This document shows, piece after piece, positions 37,533 to 46,863 of a stretch of 64,000 nt of DNA. The stretch lies in IMG/VR virus record IMGVR_UViG_3300042556_002263; one strand, 5' to 3'. The stretch is from an uncultured virus (IMG/VR IMGVR_UViG_3300042556_002263) (lineage: Duplodnaviria; Heunggongvirae; Uroviricota; Caudoviricetes). Position 1 is the stretch's first letter. Each line of letters begins with the position of its first letter. The position numbers and the translations under genes are program-made. Under the pieces are notes generated by a model. It worked only from the letters and a program-made list of their open reading frames with translations, ran no database searches and was not told the origin of the DNA.

Positions 37533-38717
37533 GTGGCACAGAAATTTACAGTACCAGTAACGGTAAAACAACTTTCATCATCTGGTTCTGATGCCATAAC
37601 CGTATTCGTAGATGCTGATACCTATGCCCGCTTAAAGATTGAAGCAGGCGGTCGCCTCACATGGGGTCCTGGCTCTGGAACTGGTGACACAAATTTATAT
37701 CGCGACTCTGCGGATGTTCTTAAAACCGACGACACCTTCAAAGCCGCTGCTTTATTTGTTGATGGCATTGAGATTGATACAACCGGTGCAACAACAAACC
37801 AAATCCTAAAATATGACGGTACAAAATTTGCTCCAGCAACCGGGGGTGGTGGCGGTGCGTCTGCTCTTGATGATTTAACCGATGTAACTATCACATCAGC
37901 CTCTACTGGTCAGGTTCTTAAATACAACGGCACCGCATGGGTCAACGACACGGACAGTACTGGAACAACAATTAGTTCAATTAATGACATCAACGATGTT
38001 GTAATTACTTCCGCTGAAGAATTTCAATCTCTTGTATTTGATGGAACAAACTGGATAAATCAACATGCGCCCTTGGTTTCGTATGTGCGCAATGCGGAAT
38101 CAACCACAATAACAACAGGTACATGTGTTTATATTTTTGGCGCTACTGGCGACCACGCAACTGTAAAGCGTGCGGATAATGGTTCAGATGCAACTTCTTC
38201 CAAGACAATTGGTGTTGCTGGTGCAAATATAACAGCATCAAACAATGGACCGATTATTACTCGCGGCTATGTAGATGGTATTGACCTGTCTACTGGCTAC
38301 TCCGCTGGAGATGTGCTTTGGCTTGGAGAGAATGGAGCGTTTACAAAGGTAAAGCCGAGTGCTCCAGACCATTTAGTTTTTATCGGCGTAGTGGTTCGCG
38401 CAACAAGTAACGGAATCATCTATGTTGCAACACAAAACGGATACGAGTTGGATGAACTACACGATGTTTCTATAACTGAAAAAACATCTGGTGATTTTCT
38501 TAAGTACAACGGAACGCTATGGGTAAACGACCAAATAAACCTTGGAACAGACACAACTGGGGATTATGTTGCCTCGCTTGTGGCTGGAACCGGTATAACG
38601 CTTAGTAACAACTCTGGTGAAGGCGCTACGCCAACAATTGCAGTAACATCGAATACGTACGACGCATATAACTCGTCAAGAAACGTGGAAATAAAACTTT
38701 TGATGGAGGTTTTGTAA
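37533..38717 (+). CDS. Tail fibre / fibre-associated protein
   Basis: Repeated LDDLTDVTIT...GQVLKYNGTAWVN units typical of fibre shafts. Confidence 0.75.
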   Translation: MAQKFTVPVTVKQLSSSGSDAITVFVDADTYARLKIEAGGRLTWGPGSGTGDTNLYRDSADVLKTDDTFKAAALFVDGIEIDTTGATTNQILKYDGTKFAPATGGGGGASALDDLTDVTITSASTGQVLKYNGTAWVNDTDSTGTTISSINDINDVVITSAEEFQSLVFDGTNWINQHAPLVSYVRNAESTTITTGTCVYIFGATGDHATVKRADNGSDATSSKTIGVAGANITASNNGPIITRGYVDGIDLSTGYSAGDVLWLGENGAFTKVKPSAPDHLVFIGVVVRATSNGIIYVATQNGYELDELHDVSITEKTSGDFLKYNGTLWVNDQINLGTDTTGDYVASLVAGTGITLSNNSGEGATPTIAVTSNTYDAYNSSRNVEIKLLMEVL

Positions 38718-39049
38718 TGGCATTAACACAAAAAAGACTTTTTGGTCCTGCGGCTGCTGTAACTTCAGCGACCGACGATTCAACTGGTAGATATTTGGTT
38801 CCAACTTCAACTACAACAATTGTTAAACAAATTATTGCATGCAACACAAACTCTTCTTCGGGGACAGTAAGGGTGGCAGTAGGAACAACGGCAACTGCTG
38901 CAAACAGAATCCTTTCTGACTTAACTGTTGCTGCGAACGAAACGGTGTCTTTTAACTGTTCTCTTGTTTTGACAACTGGAGAAAAATTGTTTATTACGGC
39001 AAGCGCCACAAGCATGACAATCACGGTAAATGGTATAGAGGAGACATAA
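38717..39049 (+). CDS. Small beta-sandwich fibre-associated protein
   Basis: YLVPTSTTTIVKQIIACNT...LVLTTGEKL...ITVNGIE; translationally coupled. Confidence 0.65.
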   Translation: MALTQKRLFGPAAAVTSATDDSTGRYLVPTSTTTIVKQIIACNTNSSSGTVRVAVGTTATAANRILSDLTVAANETVSFNCSLVLTTGEKLFITASATSMTITVNGIEET

Positions 39050-39762
39050 TGGCTGGTTTATCTAGATATCCCGCCGCTAACGCATTTGCCACGTTTTCTG
39101 ATGCTGCAGATTCTGTTTATGGGACTGGCATGGATGGCGATGCAACTCTTGATGGCTCAAGCACCGTATTAAGTATGGCTCCATCATCAAGCGTCTATAC
39201 AATGACTAAAGACCTGTATTTTGACGACCTGACAATTAACGCTGGAGTAAGACTCAATCCTGCTGGCTACAGAATATTTGTAAAAAATGTTTTGACATTT
39301 GCTGGCAACAATGCAACAATCGGTTTTACTACCGGGTTTTCAACTGCTGGCTCTATCTATCAAGGCGGAGCGGCGACAACTGCCGTTACTCATTCGCTTG
39401 GCGGTTCTGCAACTGGATATGCAGCAACAGCACCCACCGCAGCCCTTGGTGGTTCTGAATACTTTAAAGTTGGACCTCAGGCAATTACTGGATATTCAAT
39501 AACCGCTTCTGGGGGACCGACATGGCTAAGGGGTGGCGCTGGAGGCTCAGGACAGGCTGGTGGCGGAGTCGTTATTCTCGCTGCTCGATACATTTCTGGC
39601 CCTGCTTCTGGAAGCACTGGATATATAAAAGCGCCAGCAACTGCACCCGCTGGCGGTGGTGTAATCATAATAGTTTCCACGGGAGCAGCGTTACCTGAAA
39701 CCGTATCAACAGACGTTACTGGTCAAAATGCAGGAACAGTAAATTACATACAGTTGGTGTGA
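39049..39762 (+). CDS. Glycine-rich adhesin-like fibre tip protein (paralog of the next gene)
   Basis: YGTGMDGDA...LTINAGVRLNPAGYRIFVKNVLT; GGAGG and GGGVVI motifs. Confidence 0.65.
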   Translation: MAGLSRYPAANAFATFSDAADSVYGTGMDGDATLDGSSTVLSMAPSSSVYTMTKDLYFDDLTINAGVRLNPAGYRIFVKNVLTFAGNNATIGFTTGFSTAGSIYQGGAATTAVTHSLGGSATGYAATAPTAALGGSEYFKVGPQAITGYSITASGGPTWLRGGAGGSGQAGGGVVILAARYISGPASGSTGYIKAPATAPAGGGVIIIVSTGAALPETVSTDVTGQNAGTVNYIQLV

Positions 39763-39763
39763 T

Positions 39764-41278
39764 ATGGCAAGTATTGATAAGTATGGCTCGCCAACAAGAA
39801 CACAAAGAACAGGAAATGACTGGATTTATGGTCCTGGGAGTGACGGTAACGCGGTCATAGCATCTAGTACATACATACAGAGAGATATGTACTACAACAA
39901 CTTAACAATTAATTCTGGTGCTCATTTAAATACAAACGGGTTTAAAATTTTTGTTAAAAATATACTTACAGTTAATGGTTCAATTGGAATATCGTCAACC
40001 ACTACAAACAATGACGATGGCTCAACACCAGTAAGTACAAAAACTGTTTCCGGAATAACTCCACTGTCAACTTCGGTGACAAACAGCATTGGCGGGTCAG
40101 CGGCTGGAGTTACATATACCGCTTCTTCGCTTCCTACATCTGTAAAGAACTACATAGTTGACACAATGCGGGGAGCAACCGTTGATGTATCTTCTGGGTT
40201 GTTTGTTGCGGTAACTGGTGGTGCTGGAGGAGGAACTGGGGCAACTGGTTCAGTTGTTGCTGCCGTTCCTGCTGGAGCAGGCGGTGCTGGTTCACTTAAT
40301 AGAAACGCACTTGCCCCAGGAGGACCTGGAACGGCGGGAAGTCTTGGTCCAAACGCACCCCTTGCTAGCGGTGGTGCTGGGGGAAGAGGTGGGCCGGTTG
40401 TTGCAATTTGTGCAAAATCAATAATTGGTACTGGTTCTATAGTTTCAGTTGGGAGAAGCGGTTCTACTGGTGGTGCTGCCGTAAACCCTGGTCCGCTTGG
40501 TAGCGCTGGTACTGCAGCCCCAAGCCAAGCACTTGCTCACCATGTGGATGGGGTTGCGCCTTATATAACTGGCGACGGTACGCACGGTCCACATGCAAAC
40601 TACCCATCCCCAAACCTTCCACATGGGTCTCATGTTCCAGCGACACACGGCGTACTACATGCTGACAGGTATGTTAGTTTTCATGTTTACCATAATGATT
40701 TTTGCCCCAACGCGGCGCATGGTGGGTATGGTCACTATCATGGTTATGCGGGCGTAATACACGACAACAGAACCGGGTATCACGGACATTCTCCGGTTAG
40801 CCCGGCTGAACACACTCCGGGATTTCACGCAATAAACGGTATTCCACACAACCACGGGCATAGAAACCATACTGGAATAGCGTTTTCTTATTATGGTCAC
40901 TCACAACATGTTGATTCAAACCCAGAACATACAGCCCACCATGGCGCTGGTGGTGTTCATTGTTCAAACAAGGCTGGACACTTTACGGTTCCTTTGCTTC
41001 AGCACACAAAAGTTGGATACGCACACCATTGGGTATACAGAAACGCTGGAACAGTAAGCCATGTTGGTCACCTCACCGCACCTGGTGGGACCGCCGGAGC
41101 GGCTGGAAGGGGAACAGGAACGACCGCTGGAGGAAACGGTGAATCCGGCGGTGGCGGTGGAATAATTGTGGTCACCGAATCGACCCCATCTGCCGGGATT
41201 ACAACAAATGTTTCAGGTGGGTCAATAGGCGGCGTATCTGGTTCAAGTGGTAATGTTATTGTCGTAATTAACGCTTAG
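39764..41278 (+). CDS. Glycine-rich adhesin-like fibre tip protein with a ~178-aa His-rich insert
   Basis: Same N-terminal domain as the upstream gene; polyglycine motifs flank a segment with about 34 His (40538-41071). Confidence 0.7.
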   Translation: MASIDKYGSPTRTQRTGNDWIYGPGSDGNAVIASSTYIQRDMYYNNLTINSGAHLNTNGFKIFVKNILTVNGSIGISSTTTNNDDGSTPVSTKTVSGITPLSTSVTNSIGGSAAGVTYTASSLPTSVKNYIVDTMRGATVDVSSGLFVAVTGGAGGGTGATGSVVAAVPAGAGGAGSLNRNALAPGGPGTAGSLGPNAPLASGGAGGRGGPVVAICAKSIIGTGSIVSVGRSGSTGGAAVNPGPLGSAGTAAPSQALAHHVDGVAPYITGDGTHGPHANYPSPNLPHGSHVPATHGVLHADRYVSFHVYHNDFCPNAAHGGYGHYHGYAGVIHDNRTGYHGHSPVSPAEHTPGFHAINGIPHNHGHRNHTGIAFSYYGHSQHVDSNPEHTAHHGAGGVHCSNKAGHFTVPLLQHTKVGYAHHWVYRNAGTVSHVGHLTAPGGTAGAAGRGTGTTAGGNGESGGGGGIIVVTESTPSAGITTNVSGGSIGGVSGSSGNVIVVINA

Positions 41279-41286
41279 GAGAAAAA

Positions 41287-41517
41287 ATGGAATTTCAACT
41301 GTCAAGAGAAGAAAAAATTAGAAACGTAAACTCTGTCATCGCTATGAAAGAGAGCGAATTGTTTCATTCTCTTTTACTTGGTGGGTTTGACCCAGACACA
41401 TTCGACCCCGAAACCTATGAAGTTCCAGATGATGCCGTAACTGGTTCAATTCAGCAAAGAATTGGTTCTATCGTTTTGGAACTTACAAGATATAGGACAT
41501 ATCTTGAAAGCATCTAA
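41287..41517 (+). CDS. Small hypothetical protein, family A copy 1 (paralog of 48368..48613)
   Basis: LSREEKI...SELF.....GFDPDTFDPETYEVP; RBS AGGAG. Confidence 0.75.
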   Translation: MEFQLSREEKIRNVNSVIAMKESELFHSLLLGGFDPDTFDPETYEVPDDAVTGSIQQRIGSIVLELTRYRTYLESI

Positions 41518-41918
41518 TGCAAAGACTCATTTATTGCCCGAGTAATGAAAAACTCGACGAGGCTTCAAGTTTAGGGAAAAAACTTTCTTTGCCGATAGTT
41601 GTTGGCGAATCAGAGTCAATATCTTTTATTAATTTTGATAGAGATTCTGTTTCTGTTTTGATTGTTCCTGAAAAAAATCAAATTCGTTTTATTGAAAACG
41701 TGAATCATGGTTTACATCAGTCAGTTAGGTATACAAACGAGTTTGTTGACTTTGATGATACAACAATGCTTAAGGATGGCGACCTGGAAATTGCGCCAAC
41801 CATACATGAAAAACACTATTGCCAATTTATATACCCCTGTAATAGTGTAGGCAGTCGTTCGTTCTCCGTTTTTGTTAACGGAGTTTTCTTAGAGGAAAGA
41901 AACTACGTTGTTAGTTAA
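41517..41918 (+). CDS. Hypothetical protein
   Basis: 133-aa ORF coupled to its neighbours. Confidence 0.65.
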   Translation: MQRLIYCPSNEKLDEASSLGKKLSLPIVVGESESISFINFDRDSVSVLIVPEKNQIRFIENVNHGLHQSVRYTNEFVDFDDTTMLKDGDLEIAPTIHEKHYCQFIYPCNSVGSRSFSVFVNGVFLEERNYVVS

Positions 41919-42498
41919 GAAAGAAAAAGCACCAGCAATTTGGGTTTACGAAGACTGTTTTAACCCGAAAAATTTTATTGACCTTATAGAAGAAGAAGCG
42001 TCTAAGGACTGGCCATATTTGTCATGGACATCTTCTAGCACTGGAGGAAAAGATGCATCCGTTACTTCTGAATATAGAACTTCACAAGAAATGTTTGTAA
42101 GCCCATTGTTGTCTGACAAAGTTGACGAATCTTTAAAAGACATTAGTTCTTTATTCTTTAATATTTTTTCAGATATAGACAAAACTGTGTGGGATTACAG
42201 GGAATGCTTTGACCTTTATCTCAACTCCCATGAAGGTTTGGGTCTTTTAAAATACTCACACGGCGGCGAGTATCACCATCACTACGACCATGCGCCAGAC
42301 AACGCCAGGGTTCTGAGCCTAGTTGCTTCAATGTCTTCTGACTGCGAGGGTGGCGAACTTGAGTTCCCACATTTTGGAACAAAACTAAAACTTCAAACAG
42401 GCTCTGTTGTTTTGTTTCCTTCTAATTTTCCCTACATGCACATAGCGCATCCGGTAACTTCAGGCACTAAATACAGTATGGTAACGTGGTTTGTATGA
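41908..42498 (+). CDS. 2OG-Fe(II) oxygenase (prolyl-4-hydroxylase-like)
   Basis: LKYSHGGEYHHHYDH (HxD), EGGELEFP, VLFPSNFPYMHIAHPVTSGTKYSMVTW. Confidence 0.92.
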   Translation: MLVKKEKAPAIWVYEDCFNPKNFIDLIEEEASKDWPYLSWTSSSTGGKDASVTSEYRTSQEMFVSPLLSDKVDESLKDISSLFFNIFSDIDKTVWDYRECFDLYLNSHEGLGLLKYSHGGEYHHHYDHAPDNARVLSLVASMSSDCEGGELEFPHFGTKLKLQTGSVVLFPSNFPYMHIAHPVTSGTKYSMVTWFV

Positions 42499-43574
42499 GA
42501 ACAATAGATGAATGCAATCCCCTTGAATACTCTTGCTTCTATTACATTGCCTCAAAGAGTGCAATAAGTGTTTACAAGAGAAATCCAAACAGCGATGAAT
42601 TAGTCGAAGACGTACATCAGTTCTTGACAAACAATGGCTCAATCATCGCATTCAAAAAATACTCTAGGTACTCAACCGACATGGCGTACATTGCCAAGTA
42701 CGAAGACAAAGAACAGTTAATCCAATATCAAATTTACGAAAATATGTTGGATATTTTTTCTGGTGCAGACGCTGATAGCAATCGCCATTATCTGCTGTTT
42801 TCTTCAAGGGCTTTTGACACATCAAAAAATCAACCAGTTCTTGATTCAGATGAACGATGCGATTCGCAAACTTACTCTGCTTTATTGTTCTGGGAACTTA
42901 CGGACGGAAGCGACTCACCACTTACAGATAACTTATCTGTAAAAAAAGACAATCTTCAAGAAGTTTTTGTAGCACTTTCTGTTCCTGGGTCGGCAAACAT
43001 AGTTAGATTTACTTTTAGGGAAGTTTCTGGAACATACGTCAATTTTCCTGTTGTAACAACAACCGCAAGAAGTCTTCTTGGTTCTCTGAGGCTTGCCTGT
43101 GAATGGCAAGAATGCACAAAAGAACCTTTTAACTCAACAGAATACCCTGCATTAAAAATTGCTGAATTTGTTGAAAAATTGGGAATTAATGAGGGTATTA
43201 AAAATTCTATTTATTTATCCCAGGAACCGATGGCTGTTGCAAAATTTTTGTCTGAACCGGAAAATTCAAGAATTCCATCTGTGGAAAATGGTGTGCTTCC
43301 CAGTGAAGTTTTATTGTGGTTAAAAGGAATAATTCGTTACAGAACTTTAAATTCGCTAGCAAGAGAAACTGGTGTTATTGGTGAAATACCGGAAGAAATA
43401 CTTTTGCTTGAAAAAGCCTCAATTGCTTCAGAGGTTTTCAAATTGTGTGTTCAGGCAAATATTGAGTTTGAAACAATGACGTATGACGACATTAGAAATG
43501 CAGTATCAACATTTGACAGTGTTTCAATAGGTTCTTCGCCCGGGGAGTGTGTAGAAAAAATGAGCGGCTTATGA
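42495..43574 (+). CDS. Hypothetical protein, family B copy 1 (paralog of 47658..48365)
   Basis: RCDSQTY...RSLLGSLRLACEW...EPFNS...MAVAKFL. Confidence 0.75.
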   Translation: MRTIDECNPLEYSCFYYIASKSAISVYKRNPNSDELVEDVHQFLTNNGSIIAFKKYSRYSTDMAYIAKYEDKEQLIQYQIYENMLDIFSGADADSNRHYLLFSSRAFDTSKNQPVLDSDERCDSQTYSALLFWELTDGSDSPLTDNLSVKKDNLQEVFVALSVPGSANIVRFTFREVSGTYVNFPVVTTTARSLLGSLRLACEWQECTKEPFNSTEYPALKIAEFVEKLGINEGIKNSIYLSQEPMAVAKFLSEPENSRIPSVENGVLPSEVLLWLKGIIRYRTLNSLARETGVIGEIPEEILLLEKASIASEVFKLCVQANIEFETMTYDDIRNAVSTFDSVSIGSSPGECVEKMSGL

Positions 43575-45034
43575 TGAACATTACGATAGTTGGAAGCGGA
43601 ACCGCAGGGTTAATAAACGCTCTTGTTTTAAGAAAAGCGTTTCCGTTTTTTAATATTACAATAATATCTTCATCTAAAATTGGGATAATAGGTGTTGGAG
43701 AAGGAAGCACGGAACATTGGCGCATGTTCATGGAGCAATGCGACATACCGCTTGCTGAATTGATAGTAAAAACAAAAGCAACTCACAAAAATGGAATACG
43801 TTTTGAGAATTGGACAAACCATACTCCCGACTATTTTCACTCCGTAACTGCAACGCACCAAAGTAAGCCATTTAGTGTTTACTCTTTATATGCGGCGTTA
43901 ATTAAAGACGGAAAACTTATTACTGAAAATACAGCAAGCAGGGCGTTGGTTGAGAATAAAGTCCCCGTAAACGGAATGCACAGAAGTGTAAACCAATACC
44001 ACTTTGACACTTTTGCGCTAAATTCTTATTTGACTTCTTTGTGTATTGAAAGAAATATAAAGTTTATTGATGCAGAAGTAGAACAAGTAGTAAAAAATTC
44101 AGAAAACTCATACATAGATTCAGTTTATTTAAGCACTCAATCGTTCCATAAGTCGGATTTTTGGATTGATGCTTCCGGCTTTAAGCGCGTATTAATTAAT
44201 GAAATGCCTGGCGTTAAGTGGCAAAGTTATTCCGACTATCTTCTTATTGATTCAGCAATAGCATTCCCAACAGAATCCGACCCCAATGGTCAGATAAGAC
44301 CATATACAAGAGCAAAAGCAATGGACAGCGGGTGGATGTGGGAAATACCCACACAGGAAAGAAGGGGTAATGGCTATGTTTATTCTTCCGCCCACATTTC
44401 AGAGCAAGAGGCAGTAGACGCCGCAGCAAAACAGGTTGGGTATGAAATAAACATTGGTCGCTCAATAAAATTTGAGTCTGGCTGTTTAGAAAAAATGTGG
44501 ATTAATAATTGTGTTGCAGTCGGCCTTTCTTCTTCTTTTGTTGAGCCCTTAGAAGCAACCTCAATAGGTTCCACAATTCAGCAGGCCAATTGCCTTGTGG
44601 AGAATTTGGGAACATTTAAGCCAGGGCAAACACATCAACAGAAATCATTTAATAATAAAATGGCTTCCATGATGGAAAATATTTTGTGCATGATTTCTTT
44701 ACATTATATTTCTGACAGAAAAGATAGTAATTTTTGGAAAGATGTATCTTCTGCTAAGAAGCCTGAATACTTGGAAGAACTTATTGGTCTTTGGTCGGAA
44801 AGACCAATGTTTCAGGGAGACATAAAACGCAAGGGATATGAAATGTTTTTGGAACCTCATTTTTTTCATGTTGCCAACGGTCAAGGATTAATAAACAAAG
44901 AGCAAGCGCAAAAAATGCTAGTTTCTTTTAACCTGGAATTAGAAGCAAAAAACTTGGTTAGCAATGCAAAGTTGAACCAAATTGACCATGAAAGGATTGA
45001 CCATGGGCAGGCGCTCAGAGAAATTCAGATATAA
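43571..45034 (+). CDS. Flavin-dependent (tryptophan-type) halogenase
   Basis: GSGTAG (FAD), IIGVGEGST, catalytic Lys in ATHKNGIRFENW, GWMWEIP (WxWxIP), FVEPLEATSI. Confidence 0.93.
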   Translation: MMNITIVGSGTAGLINALVLRKAFPFFNITIISSSKIGIIGVGEGSTEHWRMFMEQCDIPLAELIVKTKATHKNGIRFENWTNHTPDYFHSVTATHQSKPFSVYSLYAALIKDGKLITENTASRALVENKVPVNGMHRSVNQYHFDTFALNSYLTSLCIERNIKFIDAEVEQVVKNSENSYIDSVYLSTQSFHKSDFWIDASGFKRVLINEMPGVKWQSYSDYLLIDSAIAFPTESDPNGQIRPYTRAKAMDSGWMWEIPTQERRGNGYVYSSAHISEQEAVDAAAKQVGYEINIGRSIKFESGCLEKMWINNCVAVGLSSSFVEPLEATSIGSTIQQANCLVENLGTFKPGQTHQQKSFNNKMASMMENILCMISLHYISDRKDSNFWKDVSSAKKPEYLEELIGLWSERPMFQGDIKRKGYEMFLEPHFFHVANGQGLINKEQAQKMLVSFNLELEAKNLVSNAKLNQIDHERIDHGQALREIQI

Positions 45035-45761
45035 AATCGCTCAATATAGGCACGATTTGCCTGTTCCCAAAAAAGACGAAATAGTAATAATCCCTGAAGA
45101 TAATAGGGTTGTGGCAACTTCTCCATATACGGGTGCTAGTTCACTACCTTCGTGGTGGAACAAACTTCCCAAAGGAAAAGGAAGCCTGCGTAGATGTCAA
45201 GGCACTTACGACTATGTAAAACTGGGAACATATATTCCCCTGTGGACAAATGTTCACATCAGACCCAATATCCATGGCAATGGGTATGATGTAAAACTTG
45301 ACAGAATGGATAGGTTTGAGTTTGGCGTTGATGGGTTTTCCGCACAATCTTCTACTGGTTGCCCAATAGAGCACGTTAAATCGCTTCCGGAAGCGCAATA
45401 CATAAAACTAGTTACTCCGTGGCGTTTTATTACAGCAAAAGGCATATCCCTAATTTCTCTACCCGTTGCCCATGAACCCAACCCACACTATTCGGTAGTT
45501 CCTGGAATTGTTCATTCTGATTATTATCACCAGATAAATGTTGTTATCAATGTACACACCAAAGAACCCTTCACAATCAAGGCAGGAACGCCAATAATGC
45601 AACTTGTTCCAATAGAGCGCTCCATGAATACCTCTCAAATAATATGGGGCAATGAGTCAATGTCTAGATTTGTAATGTCTTCTGGTCTCGGTGATGGTCA
45701 TCTGATAGAACAGGACCAATCTTTGTCTTATAGGAAATTACTTAGAAAGGCCGACTCATGA
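45003..45761 (+). CDS. Hypothetical protein with a dUTPase-like beta fold
   Basis: LPSWWNKLP...LRRCQG..D....G..IPLW...KLVTPW...VVPGIVHSDYY...IKAGTPIMQLVPI. Confidence 0.6.
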   Translation: MGRRSEKFRYKIAQYRHDLPVPKKDEIVIIPEDNRVVATSPYTGASSLPSWWNKLPKGKGSLRRCQGTYDYVKLGTYIPLWTNVHIRPNIHGNGYDVKLDRMDRFEFGVDGFSAQSSTGCPIEHVKSLPEAQYIKLVTPWRFITAKGISLISLPVAHEPNPHYSVVPGIVHSDYYHQINVVINVHTKEPFTIKAGTPIMQLVPIERSMNTSQIIWGNESMSRFVMSSGLGDGHLIEQDQSLSYRKLLRKADS

Positions 45762-45844
45762 CCGTTGCTGAAATTATGAAAAGACTGTTTGAAGAGCACT
45801 TCTTGGGCGGCGAAAAAGTCGTCTGGCCCGACGAAGGTAAATAG
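45758..45844 (+). CDS. Possible 28-aa small protein (not in ORF track)
   Basis: MTVAEIMKRLFEEHFLGGEKVVWPDEGK; ATGA overlap and upstream AGAAAGG. Confidence 0.35.
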   Translation: MTVAEIMKRLFEEHFLGGEKVVWPDEGK

Positions 45845-45918
45845 TTCAAATAAATAATTTACTTAGAGCCTGTTGCAATACGGCGTAAAATTTACTGGAT
45901 AGAGATAGGCGGACCGGT

Positions 45919-46860
45919 ATGCCCTGGAAAGAATTCGTAGACGGAGAAATCCTTGACGCATCTGAAGTAAACACGTATTTCATGGACCAGGCGGTTCTTG
46001 TTTTTGAAACAGAAGTGGCAAGGGAAACGGCAATAACCGCACCAACGGAGGGGATGTTCTCGTACATAACAAGTACGTCAACTATTTACATTTACGACGG
46101 AACTGAGTGGTCTGCCCAGTTAGCAGAAATTACCGATGGTGCAGTAACTGCCGCAAAGATAGCGAGCGGTGCTGTTCTAGAGGCAAAAATTGGTTCTGGT
46201 GCTGTAACTACTTCTAAAATAGCAAGTTCTGTCACATTGACTACACCAAACATAGGCGTGGCAACAGCAACAAGTATTAATGGGTTAACAGTATCATCTT
46301 CTACAGGAACGCTTTCAATAACCAATGGCAAAACACTTGCTGCTTCTAACTCAATTACCCTTGCGGGGACAGACTCTTCGACAATATCCGTTAGTGGGAA
46401 CATAACTCTTGGCTCAAGCACACATACGCTGGCACTTACAACTACTGGAAACACAAGTCTTGCATTGCCGACTTCTGGAACAGTTGCGACACTGGGTGGA
46501 ACTGAAACTTTTACAAATAAGACATTGACATCTCCAACAATCAATAGTCCAACAATGACAACACCAGTTCTTGGTGTAGCGAGCGGAACATCGATAAACC
46601 TAAGACCTGCATCGACTCAAGACGGAGTAATTATTCAGGGGCGCGCTGGTGGAACTGGCACCCATTCTGTAACCATAACCCCCGGAACATTGAGTACTAA
46701 TAGAACATTAACTCTTCCAGACAGAAGCGGAACAGTAATTACAAGTTCTGATTCTGGGACGATTACAGAAACAATGGTTGACTACACAACTGTTCCTAGA
46801 CAATTTGTGCAGTCAAGTCAGCCAACTGGAAAATCTGGAGATATCTGGGTAAAGGTTTAA
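45919..46860 (+). CDS. Second tail fibre protein
   Basis: WKEFVDGEILDASEVNTYFMDQAV...PTEGMFSY; GAVTAAKIA repeats; FTNKTLTSPTI; C-terminal QPTGKSGDIWVKV. Confidence 0.78.
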   Translation: MPWKEFVDGEILDASEVNTYFMDQAVLVFETEVARETAITAPTEGMFSYITSTSTIYIYDGTEWSAQLAEITDGAVTAAKIASGAVLEAKIGSGAVTTSKIASSVTLTTPNIGVATATSINGLTVSSSTGTLSITNGKTLAASNSITLAGTDSSTISVSGNITLGSSTHTLALTTTGNTSLALPTSGTVATLGGTETFTNKTLTSPTINSPTMTTPVLGVASGTSINLRPASTQDGVIIQGRAGGTGTHSVTITPGTLSTNRTLTLPDRSGTVITSSDSGTITETMVDYTTVPRQFVQSSQPTGKSGDIWVKV

Positions 46861-46863
46861 ATT

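Noticed and set aside
45003..45761. Functional dUTPase
   Set aside because: Only the terminal beta-fold pattern resembles dUTPase; the canonical catalytic motifs are not evident
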